Of a stretch of 64,000 bases of DNA, positions 19,858 to 31,905 are shown one piece after another (position 1 is the first letter of the stretch; every line of letters begins with the position of its first letter). Both the position numbers and the translations under genes were made by a program. The notes under the pieces were generated by a model. The model was given only the letters and a program-made list of their open reading frames with translations. It made no database searches and was not told the DNA's origin. This stretch comes from Histomonas meleagridis 2922-C6/04-290x (lineage: Eukaryota > Protista > Parabasalia). The DNA is taken from the NCBI GenBank assembly GCA_020184695.1, contig JAANOX010000255.1, positions 1 to 64,000 of the forward strand. The letters are read 5' to 3'.

Positions 19858-22604
19858 TTAATCCGAAACATTGTCATTGCTCAGCTTATCTATTAACATA
19901 AGCCTAAACTTGTCGTATTCCTTTCCACAGCACATATTCATTAGAGAAACAACCAAATTTAATTCTCTGAAATCCTCTTTTATATCATCGAATTCACTTA
20001 ATATCAACAACGTAATAATACATTTCTGCGCTAATTTTTTCCCATATTTTATTATGTTATTTAAATATGGAACTGAATTCCGAATCCCAATGACATAACC
20101 AATCCGAGAAAAGTAATCAATTAAAAGTACACCTGCTTCAAGTAATGAGTTACTAGTGCCTGTAAAAGTCCGTTGTATAAATGACTGAACAAATCCGATA
20201 TTGTCAAGTTTACGTAAAAGTTTTATGTCAATTTTTAACCGCCGAATAAACCACACAAATTTTTTGACAGACGTATCGTTGCCTTTTTCGATAATTATTT
20301 TGAATAATGTGGGAAGTTGTTCGATGTTTAAAAGTCTTAAACATAATTCTTTTTGTGCTAAGAACGATATAAATATATTAGTTAATGCTTCAGGTGAAAG
20401 ATGTGAAAAATAATGATTATTATCTAAAAGTAATGATCCACCTTTCGGATTGGATGCTATCTTACATATAACTGGAAATGCACTTTTATGCGTTTTACAT
20501 GCATTAAATAATGCTGTAATTAATCGTTTTGAAATTGGTGGATTTGGTAATCGTTCAATTATTTTAATTGCACTATCTATATGATATGATCCATTAATAT
20601 GATTAATTATAGGTGTCAAATTTATTTTTTCATTTTCATTGATATTTAATGGAAGTTTTTCAAGTGATGAATAACACTCAATAACGGTCCCAACTGGGGC
20701 ACCCTGTTTGCCGATCATTCGAATTAACGATAGCACAAATTCAGAACTTAACTCGGAGTAAACTATTTTGCGTACTGCAATTGTCATCAATTTAAAGTAA
20801 CTCGGCTGTGTTGAAAACTTATCGAATTTCTTTATAAATGTTGATAATATTGGTATTGCTGACTTATTATCACTTTTAACTAAATGCTCAAGTAATCTTA
20901 AAATTTGAAGCATTGAGTTTTCATCATTCAAAAAACTAAATATTTCATCAAGAAGATGTTTTTGAAGTTTTGTTGAATTCATTAACATTGATGAAAATAT
21001 TGTTGCAAAATTCGCTGCTTTAAATCCTCTTTGAATTCTGTTATTAATAAACCCTGATTTAAGTAATGGCTTTATAATATTTTGATTTTCTTCAACATAT
21101 GTTATGGTTAATGATAGAATCATTGTTTGATCATCAGGCAAAAGTGAACTGATTTCACTTTCTGAGTCTTTGAAAAATTTGAGTGCTTTATCTTCGCCGA
21201 TAGATTTGAGTTTGTCCATAAAAGTGACACATGTTTCATTTTGGGGCATCCCAAAAACAACTTTAGTTTTGTTGTTTCTCCAAGGAGATGATGCTAAAGG
21301 CGGTACAATGTTTGGAAGAGATTTTGTGATTGGAATTGATGGTGAAGATTGGCTTTCTTTTCTACTCTTCCTACGTCTTCTAAGATGAGGTGATTTCCTA
21401 TTATCATCAATAAGGAAAATATTAACTTTTGGCTTTGCAAGAAGTATTTGCGATGTTTCCATTAGCTCTGATATGAATACGTTTTCTGTTACTGTGTTAT
21501 TAATATAATCTGATGGAAGATCAATTTTTTCTTCTTCTAAATCAGAAAGACTATCAGCACTAAGTGACCCATGACCAGCTTCAGGAATTTGGTCTTCGAG
21601 AATTAGATTTGATTTTTGAGATATATCTGATTTGGTTGATAAAACTGAGATATTATCCTTGTCATTGTCGCTTTGGATTGGATGAGTGTTGTTCCCAGGT
21701 AGAGGTGGTTCTGGAAATTCTTCAAGAAATTGATCGACTTCATCGACATTTGTTCCTGAAAACAAAAGTTTCTTAGCTTTGAACATATCATAAATTTCTC
21801 GGAACGTAGGGCGCTCATTTGGATCAGAGCTCCACGCTTTAGCTAGAAATTTGCGGATGGAAATATCTGTATCAAAAGGAATCTGTGGTCGTTTGTTTTC
21901 CCTTGTAACGGCTATACCTACTTGAGCAGGTGTTTTCCCTTTAAATGGAACAGATCCTGTTAAAAGTTCCCAAAATAAAATTGCAAATGCATATACATCT
22001 ACCTTGAACGAATAATCCCCAACTTCAAACATTTCGGGAGCCATCCAATGTGGGGAACCTATTTGTGTAGTTAAAAAACTTGTTCCACTTCCAGCAAATC
22101 TAGAAATTCCAAAGTCACAAATTTTTGGGAGAAATTGCTTATCTAAAAGAACATTAAGAGATTTTAGATCTCGATGGATAATTCCTTTGTCATGTAATGA
22201 AATCATTCCATGAACAATTCCCATTGCAATAATTGTTTTTTGGGTTGCAGTTAGAAGAATTCCGTTTTTATGATGTATAGCATCATATAAAGATCCATTT
22301 GGAATATATTTTGTCGCAATAAGGTAAGGAGGCGTTGATTTAAATCCAATAAATTTTAACAAGAATGGATTATTAGCATTTGCTAAAACAACGACTTCAC
22401 GTTTAAAATACAACAAAGTTTGTTCATCTGTTTCATCAATTAGTAATTTTTTTAAAGCGACAAGATCTCCTGTTTTTTTATTTGATGCTAAAAAAACTTC
22501 ACCATAACCACCTTTTCCAATAGTTTGTATTATATTAAAATCACTTTCGTTAATATGAAAATTAGAAAGGGATTCTAACGCTTCTTCAGGAAATTCGTCT
22601 TCCA
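19858..22604 (-). CDS. TKL-family protein kinase with helical C-terminal region
   Basis: GKGGYG, VALK, HRDLKSLN, DFG and APE all intact; probable ATG MEDEFPEE. Confidence 0.9.
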
Positions 22605-23235
22605 TTATGTCTAGCTTTTCAGCAGAAAACGAAGCTTTGAATTCAATATTGAATTGAAAAACTCCACTATTTTTTATCGGCACATTTTGAGGGGTCGTAG
22701 GGCATTTTTTACATCCACCAAAAGAGTCATTCAATTTTAATAAATTTTTAAATTTAACACCAACATTTTGGATACTTTATATTACTTTGAATTCCATAAA
22801 ATCATCCACCAAGTTACGAATGTTACAAAACATTCATCAATAATAGAAACAATAATTCCCCAATACCTTCAATAAGCTATAAATTGGATTTTCATTCATT
22901 TCAATGTCATTAACGCAAAACAACTTTCAATATTTTTTTATGAAATCATTCAATCATTATTATGGATAGAAAATCATTATAACTTTTTATTTCCTTAACC
23001 AACTTACATTTTTTTGATCAAGAAATAATCAACAAAAAATTGATATCAATATTGATTTTTATTATCATGAATTTTTTTAAAGAAAACAGTTTAACGATTT
23101 GATTTAAGTTGTTTCAAAGAAGAATTATTGGTCAAAAAAGAGAGCAACTATTAAATAATGAAAAAAACGCTGTTGACAAAAAATATTCACTTTTTGTAAA
23201 GTGCCTTTTCAATGCATTGAAAAAGTTAAAAATTA

Positions 23236-26200
23236 ATGGAACCCGCCCAAGAAGAAACTGATGGAAAATTTGTTTTTATGCTTCCTCACTTACTTGAGGC
23301 TGGGCTCTTTGAAGATGACAGCCACAACTACGCATTGGTTTCTTATCCACGTGAAGTGATATCTCAAGCAGTCAAGATTATTGTTGGAGATTATGCAAAT
23401 AGACTTAGTAGCATTAGTTTTAGTAACAAAAAGCGGGTTAAATATGTTATAGAAAATTTGGCTGTTGCTTTATCTTTACCAATTGATCAAAATCAATACA
23501 TGTTTACTGCACAAACAGTATTTAGGAGATGGTTTGAAGACTCACAAATATTTGGTGATTTAGCACGTCAAAACAAATTTTTACGAAGAATGTTCAAAAT
23601 CATTTCATTACCATTTGCAATGCGTAATCCAAATAGTCCAGAAATCTTTAAAACAAAGTTCTACAAATTACTTAGTGATATTTTAGATGACCTGAAGTAT
23701 GTTCATACAAAAAGAGGGAATATTTTTGAAAAAGATACATGGATCACATTACTTAAAGTACTCATTGGAATTTGTGATTCAGTCATTGACTTTAACTTTG
23801 AGAACTTATTGTCAGTCAGTGAAGCCTCAAAGTTAAGGCAAAAAGCAGTAAGTAATTGTTTGTCAATTATTATGTTATCAGGTCTTACAGATAAATCCGT
23901 ATGGTCAGAACTAACAACCTTTTGTAACAAATGGTGTAAGTGTATTGATTTTCTAAAAGTTTGGGGACATCATATTGAAACATTATTTACTATACTTAAC
24001 ATGAAGATCTTTCATCAAGAAATAGAAACCAAGTTATTTGAAGAAGGTGTGTATTCATCCGAGAATCAAATAACTGATGACATGGTGAAGTTTATTTTCA
24101 TTCATTTCTTACATTTTGCTGATCCAAAAGCAACTCTCGGCGGTTCTGACACTTTACATGAGTTTTCACACATTATGTTAAAAATTACAGACAACTCATT
24201 CAAAGTTGCATCGTGCGGAAAGGCACTTTTCAGACCGAAATATCCCTCTCAATCTTTTCTGAAGTTATTTGGCCAGTACCTGACATTTGTACCACCAGGT
24301 TCCAAAGCAGATGATGAATCTGTATCTATTTTAGTTGAAGCAATTCTTAAGATCGTTTCAAGGTTTAATATTGACCATAATAGTAATACTGCTCTTAAAT
24401 TAATTGCGTATGCAACACAATTTGCTGTTCCTTCTGCTATGCCAGTAGTAGCTTCATACCTTAAGAACTCTGCCAAGCTTTACCGATACAGTTGCAAAGC
24501 TTTACCTTATGTATCAATGCATTCATTAGATCTTTTACCACAATTAGATACAACAAGGTCAGCTCGTATGGTCATAGGCGAAACATTTTTAAACTCACTT
24601 ACATCTTTATTCATTTCAGCGTCTGAAACCCTTAAAAATTATCCGAAGTATCAGACCAATATTATTGAATCTTTTGAAACCATATGGGGTACTACAGCAC
24701 TTATGTCCATTCGATTTCAACTTTTATGTTCATCATTTGACCTTAAGATTCCAATTATGACCAAATTAGAATACATATTTAGTGATATAGCGTTATGTCA
24801 AATCACGCAAGATTCCACCAGCATACCATTTCTCTCCTCATGTATAATGTTATTAGGTGTATTAATTCGCTTTAATCCTACTATTTCGACAGATGTCATC
24901 AATTCGCAACTTTTTGTTAAGATCCTAAAATCAGTTCCCAAAATTGATTATAAGCATCTTGATGAATATGACTATATCATCACGTCTGTATTACAAATGA
25001 TCAATAATTTTTTAATCTATAGTCCAACGATAATGACGCATCGAGAAAACATTAATTCATTATTTGAATTTTTAGATTTAATCCATAAACAAATCGATAA
25101 ACAAAAGCGTAATTCAACCACATGGATTGACACGAATCTAAACATCATTGTTAGTTTATATGATCAAATCATTGAAATGATACCATTTATCTTTCCGAAC
25201 AAAGATTATTTCTCACATGTATATAACTCATGTTTAACTATTAATGAAGAATATCTTATTAACAAATATCAAATTCAGAAACCATTAATTACATATTTTA
25301 TGATAGATCGTAAATCAGTTGCATCATTTATTGAATCATCTGATTTTACAGGGCCTAAAATATTATTAATTCGACGATTATCCGGTAAAGTAATATATAA
25401 AATTAATTCCGATTATATTGGGGCACAAAATTATATTGAAATATCGAATGAAATAAAACAAGTACAACTACCAAAACTTGATAAAACTATACCTACTATT
25501 CCAGAAGATCAATTATTTTGTATTGATTTAATTGAAGAATTACCTGTACATATATATGATGAGCCGATACTTAAGAAATATGAACATGAATATAATAATT
25601 GGTTAAATTGGGACAAATATGGAATGTATGAATCCACAAAGCCAATTAAACCTCATCGACCATTTGTCTTTGATTTTATTACCACTTTAAACATATATAG
25701 TAATGTCCAAATACTTGAAGAGAATAATAAATTATATGAAGCGTTAAATGAATTAGATCAAATCGATCAATTAAATATAATACCAATAATGATCACCACA
25801 ATATTCTCTACTGATACTTCATTAACACAAGAAACGAAACGAATGACACCGAAACTTAAAACATTTTTAAATAAATTTGGAGAACCATTAAATATTAATG
25901 ATAACAAAATTATAAATTTGCCTTTGTTATCGACTACTATACCATCAATACCTTCATTAAATGGTTTCATAGTTATATTAAATTCTTCAATGATTAAAAA
26001 CGAAAATGACATTAAAGAATTTAATAAAATTGATGAGAAAGCGCCAATTAAAATTATATTTAATGAATCGAATTTCGACTTAAAGAAAATTAATAAGAAG
26101 AAAACTAAACAATTGATTTTGGTTATTAAACCAATGGATAATGAATTGTATCATGTAATGGTAATGTCGCATCCAAGATGGCTGTTCTCACCTTTCGCTA

Positions 26201-26391
26201 CAGAACAAGTTATGAGCATCGAAGCATTGCAATTTAACATAGCGATATGTTGCGAACAGAACTTAAGAAATGAAACAAATAATAAAATGTCAAACGAGTC
26301 TTCAAGAAGAAAAGAAATTATGAGCGAGTTGGTGACTGGTGAAAATAGAGAAAGAGCATTCTTCGATGCGATAGCAAAGGAAGGAATTTGA
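23236..26391 (+). CDS. Large helical protein, RalGAP-beta/RapGAP-like
   Basis: Intact 1051-aa ORF; N-terminal helical region and degenerate GAP-like C-terminus resemble RalGAP subunits. Confidence 0.45.
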   Translation: MEPAQEETDGKFVFMLPHLLEAGLFEDDSHNYALVSYPREVISQAVKIIVGDYANRLSSISFSNKKRVKYVIENLAVALSLPIDQNQYMFTAQTVFRRWFEDSQIFGDLARQNKFLRRMFKIISLPFAMRNPNSPEIFKTKFYKLLSDILDDLKYVHTKRGNIFEKDTWITLLKVLIGICDSVIDFNFENLLSVSEASKLRQKAVSNCLSIIMLSGLTDKSVWSELTTFCNKWCKCIDFLKVWGHHIETLFTILNMKIFHQEIETKLFEEGVYSSENQITDDMVKFIFIHFLHFADPKATLGGSDTLHEFSHIMLKITDNSFKVASCGKALFRPKYPSQSFLKLFGQYLTFVPPGSKADDESVSILVEAILKIVSRFNIDHNSNTALKLIAYATQFAVPSAMPVVASYLKNSAKLYRYSCKALPYVSMHSLDLLPQLDTTRSARMVIGETFLNSLTSLFISASETLKNYPKYQTNIIESFETIWGTTALMSIRFQLLCSSFDLKIPIMTKLEYIFSDIALCQITQDSTSIPFLSSCIMLLGVLIRFNPTISTDVINSQLFVKILKSVPKIDYKHLDEYDYIITSVLQMINNFLIYSPTIMTHRENINSLFEFLDLIHKQIDKQKRNSTTWIDTNLNIIVSLYDQIIEMIPFIFPNKDYFSHVYNSCLTINEEYLINKYQIQKPLITYFMIDRKSVASFIESSDFTGPKILLIRRLSGKVIYKINSDYIGAQNYIEISNEIKQVQLPKLDKTIPTIPEDQLFCIDLIEELPVHIYDEPILKKYEHEYNNWLNWDKYGMYESTKPIKPHRPFVFDFITTLNIYSNVQILEENNKLYEALNELDQIDQLNIIPIMITTIFSTDTSLTQETKRMTPKLKTFLNKFGEPLNINDNKIINLPLLSTTIPSIPSLNGFIVILNSSMIKNENDIKEFNKIDEKAPIKIIFNESNFDLKKINKKKTKQLILVIKPMDNELYHVMVMSHPRWLFSPFATEQVMSIEALQFNIAICCEQNLRNETNNKMSNESSRRKEIMSELVTGENRERAFFDAIAKEGI

Positions 26392-26410
26392 TAAATAATA
26401 TAAATTATTG

Positions 26411-27364
26411 AAAAAATTTTGTTTTTCTTGAGTCGAATTGTATAGTACTGATCCACTTTGATAGGCATCATCTTGAAGGAGAACATAAGGACATCGCAAC
26501 ATTTCTTTGAGAATTTATATATTCCAAAAAATTTTGTTTTTCTTGAGTTGAATCGTATAGTACTGATCCACTTTGATAGGCATCATCTTGAAGGAGAACA
26601 TAAGGACATCGCAACATTTCTTTGAGAATTTATATATTCCAAAAAATTTTGTTTTTCTTGAGTTGAATCGTATAGTACTGATCCACTTTGATAGGCATCA
26701 TCTTGAAGGAGAACATAAGGACATCGCAACATTTCTTTGAGAATTTATATATTCCAAAAAATTTTGTTTTTCTTGAGTCGAATCGTATAGTACTGATCCA
26801 CTTTGATAGGCATCATCTTGAAGGAGAACATAAGGACATCGCAACATTTCTTTGAGAATTTATATATTCCAAAAAATTTTGTTTTTCTTAAGTTGAATCG
26901 TATAGTACTGATCCACTTTATCGGCATCATCTTGAAGGAGAACATAAGGACATCGCAACATTTCTTTGAGAATTTATATATTCCAAAAAATTTTGTTTTT
27001 CTTGAGTTGAATCGTATAGTACTGATCCACTTTGATAGGCATCATCTTGAAGGAGAACATAAGGACATCGCAACATTTCTTTGAGAATTTATATATTCCA
27101 AAAAATTTTGTTTTTCTTGAGTCGAATCGTATAGTACTGATCCACTTTTATCGGCATCATCTTGTGGGGTATTTCGAAACTCTCCAACAAGAGTTGCATT
27201 AATATTTCTTCATTACCAGTTGATGAAGGTCTTGGTAAATATTTTGATTTGATTGTTCATCCAATCTTTACCAAACGAGACAATGATATAAATTATTCTG
27301 GATTTGAAGGAGCATATAAGGACATCGCAACATTTCTTTGAGAATTTATATATTCCAAAAAATT
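26411..27364. repeat. 115-bp tandem array (6 units) followed by its undeleted parent segment
   Basis: Unit starts at 26411, 26526, 26641, 26756, 26871, 26985 and 27100; the last copy has a 142-nt extra segment (27165-27306). Confidence 0.95.
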
Positions 27365-27439
27365 GAATAATAAAATTTAACCCTTATATGCAAATTTCAA
27401 ATAAAACTTGTAGAGACACGTAATCTGATATACATGCCA

Positions 27440-28265
27440 AATGAAATAATTAAAGAAATAGGAAATTATAAATTTACTGAATATATTCAAAAAAAATTAT
27501 GAAGAACTTTCGAGGAATGAATGGGAACTTCATAAGAAATTAATAAAAGAAGCACAGAATCCAAATGAAATTGTAAAAATAATTCGAAATGATGAAATCG
27601 AAAAACTTCAATAAATATCATCACAAACAAATTTTGATTTTAATCAATATGTTATACCATCACTTTATGAAAGATGTTCATTTGTTAATCAAAAAAAAAT
27701 CGTTACATTAATTGATTATGCAGCATTTTTTGGATCAGTTTTAAATTTTTATTTATGAATAATTCAAAATTATACAATACAGGCAAATACGCAGTTGCAG
27801 GTGGAAATGAAGAAATTATTCATTTATGTGAACGAAACCATTCATCATTTGATAATGCATATGAAACAACAATCGAATTTCATCGAAATGATATCTTTAA
27901 ATATGTTTATGAAAATAAATTAGAAAAAATTCAATCAAAGCCAAAAATGTCTGAAGATAAAACAAATGATTTGGTAAGTTTTTGTATCAAAAAAGATAAT
28001 TATGAAATTTTAGCATTTTTGGAAGAAAAAGGATTTAATGTTAATGCAAAAGATATTCATTTGAATAATTTGGGGTATGTTTTAATAATTTGAAACAGCA
28101 CTTCATATAGCAGTTAGAAATAATATATAGAAATAATAAAATTACTTTTAGATATAGAAGGAATTGATGTTAATGCTAAAAATATTCATTTTAATAATTT
28201 CAAATATGTTTTAATAATTTGGAATATGTTTTAATAATTTTATATATGTTTTAATAATTTGGAAT
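27440..28265 (+). pseudogene. Degenerate DUF3447-ankyrin gene copy
   Basis: IIRNDEIEKL, LIDYAAFFGS and KYAVAGGNEEIIHLCE homologous to the 11.4 and 55.4 kb genes, with stops and frameshifts; ankyrin spacer at 28052-28094. Confidence 0.85.
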
Positions 28266-28655
28266 TAATGAGTCCAATGTTCTTTTTGAGAATATCTTTA
28301 AAAAGAAGTTAAGTGTATTTTTCTATAACGACTTTACTTCGACCCATTTTAAAATGAATTGTGACGCCCGCTCTTTGAACTGTTCTTTTAAGCGAACTTG
28401 ATCAGTCTTTTACTACTTCTTAGATTCTTCCATACTATTATCTTTTTTTCAAACATGTGCTTCACTGGCAGCTTGCTCCAAAAAATGAAATTATACACAT
28501 ATTCGACGGTGACACTTTTGAAGAGCTTCAAATGACCAAAGTTTGCAAACAATACCGCAACCAAAATTGTCTTTGGTTTACACTTCATTGTCCGTTATGC
28601 CCAAACACCGATAAGGAGACCGTTTTTGTGATACGTTTTAAGGTCATGTTGCAAA

Positions 28656-29201
28656 ATGAAATCTGAAGAAGTAGTTCCTTTTAAATTTGTGGTCACTGGG
28701 CCTTCAAAGCACAAAACATCATTTTTAAGGAGACTAGAGGATGAGCCCATCCAAATTTTAACTTTTGGAAAAAATTTCGTTGATAAAAATGTACAAAAAT
28801 ATGGAAAAAAATTTAGAGTATTTATATTTGAATCACCTTATTTTTTCCCCTCATTAGAATACCCTTATTTCAAAGATAGTGCGTGTGTTCTGATATTTTA
28901 TGATATTAAAAATCCAATAGAACTTGAAGAATTTCAACAACGCATCGCCAATTTCAGAGATTATGCTCCAGAAAATTGTCATTTTGTAATCGTTGGAAAT
29001 CATGGTAAAACTGAACGATTTAACTTACAAGGCGACCCGATAAAATCATATGCTAAAACAAAAGGCATTCCTTATTATGAAGTATCTATTTTTAAAGGAT
29101 ATTGCGTCCAAGAACTATTTGATGATTGTTTTGATGAAGTGTATGAAAATTATCTTTATGAAAAGAAAAATGTTGATATTTGCAACAAACAGATGAGGTA
29201 A
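28656..29201 (+). CDS. Highly divergent Rab-like small GTPase
   Basis: FKFVVTGPSKHKTS (G1-like), YFKDSACVLIFYDI, FVIVGNH, YYEVSI; G3 DxxG absent. Confidence 0.65.
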   Translation: MKSEEVVPFKFVVTGPSKHKTSFLRRLEDEPIQILTFGKNFVDKNVQKYGKKFRVFIFESPYFFPSLEYPYFKDSACVLIFYDIKNPIELEEFQQRIANFRDYAPENCHFVIVGNHGKTERFNLQGDPIKSYAKTKGIPYYEVSIFKGYCVQELFDDCFDEVYENYLYEKKNVDICNKQMR

Positions 29202-30585
29202 GAAAAAACACTAGAATGGATTTTTGTATAACTCGAAAATATTAATAAACGTAGTGATTAAACCCTATGTAACATGTCTTCAAGTGAATTTATTGGTCTA
29301 TTTTTTGGATATTTTTGTTTTGGAGGTGCTAGGTATGGCGTGATTAGCAAAGTTTCAAAAAAAAATATCATGATAAAAGTTCATTAGTATTAAAAAAAAG
29401 AATAAATGAATTTGGACAATGGGTGAGTGAGATGCAAATAACGAAATTCAAAACAAAAAATTGATCAAATTAGATGTAAATGATAAAATGAGTCACAAAA
29501 AATGAGCAACTGAAACAAATTAAAGGTGATGTCAACCAGTGACTTAAAGTCTTTATTTTTTAAACTGGTTTACATTAGATTTACATCTTGTTAAAAGGAA
29601 TTCATACTTAGTATTTCCCATAATTAATTTAAAAGAGTATTGAGAATGTATTTTATTTATCTTTTCACTTGTTTAATTTTTAATCCAAGCAGTAAAAACA
29701 CAAAATATTTTTGCTAATATGCCTTCAACCACATGCAATCAGTACTTCCAACTCTTTGTTAATATGTTTACTTCGAAAAAAATATTAACTCAACCAAAGT
29801 AAAACTAATTTTTATTCAAACTTCACTAATAATTCCTTCATAAAATATCACTTAAATATTTTTCTTTTTGTCATGCTTAATTTTTGAAGGGTCAGATTGG
29901 TACCACTCGTAGCCATATTGTGCCTTGGCTGGCGTCAAATAAACATGAGTCAATTCGCGAAATGTTAAGAGATAATTATCTTATGACGTTTCACATAGTC
30001 AATCCCTGTTCGATGATTTTTTTTTTATAATATGCATAATAACACTGAGGATCCTAAGTGTATCGCTTCATTACTACGAGGAATAAAAGTATAATATTTC
30101 AAGTGAAAATAACCTTTTAAAAAATCATTTGAAACGACAGGTTTGGGAATAGACTTTGTGTCCCCTCCTCGTAGCAAAACGACATTAGAATCAACCCTTT
30201 TCTCTTTATGACGTATATCTTCTCTTAGAATAAAGATGATAATTATTATATATTATTATTATTCACCGATTATAATGATAGTATTCAATTCGGAATCGTG
30301 CTAAATTAATGGACTCATATTTTTTGAGGAACGGATTATCATTACAATTATTTAATTAAAAATTTTATGATTTAATTGCTTTTCACTTGAATTCAAGAAC
30401 TATTTGATTTCCTTCAGGAATTAAGCCAACTTAGAGGAAAGCATCAATATGTTTTAATTTTAGAATATTATTAGAGCATTTTGAGTAAAAAATATTAATT
30501 TTGTTGTTCTACTGTTGTCTGAAGCCGTATTTATAGAAAAATTTACTTTTTAAAAAAATATTTACGAATAAGTACTTTACACACA

Positions 30586-31662
30586 TTAATAATTATCATC
30601 GAAACTTTCTTCATCTCCTATTTCTCCAGGTTCAAGTTCATCAGTTGATTCATTTTCGATTTCTTCTTCTTCTTCTTCAACTTCATCCGATTCCGTCACT
30701 GTTATATATGAATACTCATCAGGTATATCAAGTCCGCTAATTTCATAGTTTGTGCTTGTGTCATTAAATTCACTTGAAACAACTTCACCTGTTTCAGAAT
30801 TAGTCATTGTGAAACTTTGTTCTGTTGTTTCGACTGGTGAACTTGATTCAAGTTTCATTCGCTTTAATTCTCTGTATTCAGTTTCATCATGTATGGCACC
30901 TGGTTCTGTATCTGAGAATGTACGAATATGTTTTCGTGGCTTAGTGGTAGTTTTTGTTTGTGATTTTAACTTTTTGAACTTTTCTTCATATTTTTTGATG
31001 AGGATTTTCACTTTTTTCCTTTCTTCATGCATTTGTGAAACTTGTTTTCGAAGCGTAGCAATTTGATTATCACGTTTCTCTATCTCTTTAGAAGCTAGAT
31101 CAAGATTTTGGTTATACTGTTCAACAATTTCAGGTGGTATTACTTGTTTTTTCATTTCAGATTCTGATTTCTTTTTTTGAGCAAGAAGATAATCATTAGC
31201 CAGTTGCATGATAAGAAAGGCATTAAGGGCGCCCTTACTTCCAAAGTGAGAAAGATCTTCTTTGGTAATATTTGCATATGTAAAATGACTCATATAGAAT
31301 AAAACTGAATTAAGATCTCCACGCTTAACAATTGTTTCAATATCAATAGATTCTGCCATTGGCCATCTCATCGGTTCCGTTCTTGGAGCCCATGAATAAG
31401 TTTCTGATGTAGGTGGAGGAGCTAATGGTGCATTTGTTGTTTGTTGTTGTTGTGGAGGAGGATGCTGTTGTTGTATGTATGCTGGTTGCGTCATTGGAAT
31501 AAATCCTTGTGGAATTTGCATTGAACTTTGGAATGTTGGAATAGTAGGTGGAAATTGACTTACAGCTTGCATACCATTTGGACGATCTAAAGAAATATTT
31601 TGAGGTTGTCCTAGATAAATAGGAGGTGTAGTTATTTGTGGCACAAATCCGCTCCTTATCAT
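30586..31662 (-). CDS. Dzip1/Iguana-like N-terminal domain protein with coiled coil
   Basis: WAPRTEPMRWPMAESIDIETIV...ANITKED...FLIMQLANDYLL fits the Dzip-like_N pattern; followed by coiled coil and acidic tail. Confidence 0.65.
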   Translation of the reverse strand: MIRSGFVPQITTPPIYLGQPQNISLDRPNGMQAVSQFPPTIPTFQSSMQIPQGFIPMTQPAYIQQQHPPPQQQQTTNAPLAPPPTSETYSWAPRTEPMRWPMAESIDIETIVKRGDLNSVLFYMSHFTYANITKEDLSHFGSKGALNAFLIMQLANDYLLAQKKKSESEMKKQVIPPEIVEQYNQNLDLASKEIEKRDNQIATLRKQVSQMHEERKKVKILIKKYEEKFKKLKSQTKTTTKPRKHIRTFSDTEPGAIHDETEYRELKRMKLESSSPVETTEQSFTMTNSETGEVVSSEFNDTSTNYEISGLDIPDEYSYITVTESDEVEEEEEEIENESTDELEPGEIGDEESFDDNY

Positions 31663-31905
31663 CCTGAAGAAGTAACGTATGGGAAATTTGAATAGTTTTC
31701 AATTGAAATCCTTAAAATGTTTCAATTTTTCTTCATCTTGTTTTACATTTTTTCCTCCATGTTTTGCTTTTAATTTAGCAATTATTCAGAACACCACACC
31801 ATCAAACATCAGTAAAAATATTCAAAATAGAATTGTTTCTATAAAAACTTTAAGAAGTAAAAAACAATTTTTTGTAGTTAATTCAATAGTTTACAAATCA
31901 TTGAA

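Noticed and set aside
26411-27164. CRISPR array
   Set aside because: Units are contiguous, near-identical 115-bp repeats with no unique spacers, there are no cas genes, and the context is eukaryotic
29200-30580. ncRNA in the 1.4-kb intergenic region
   Set aside because: A few GC-richer patches, but no supportable motif or structure
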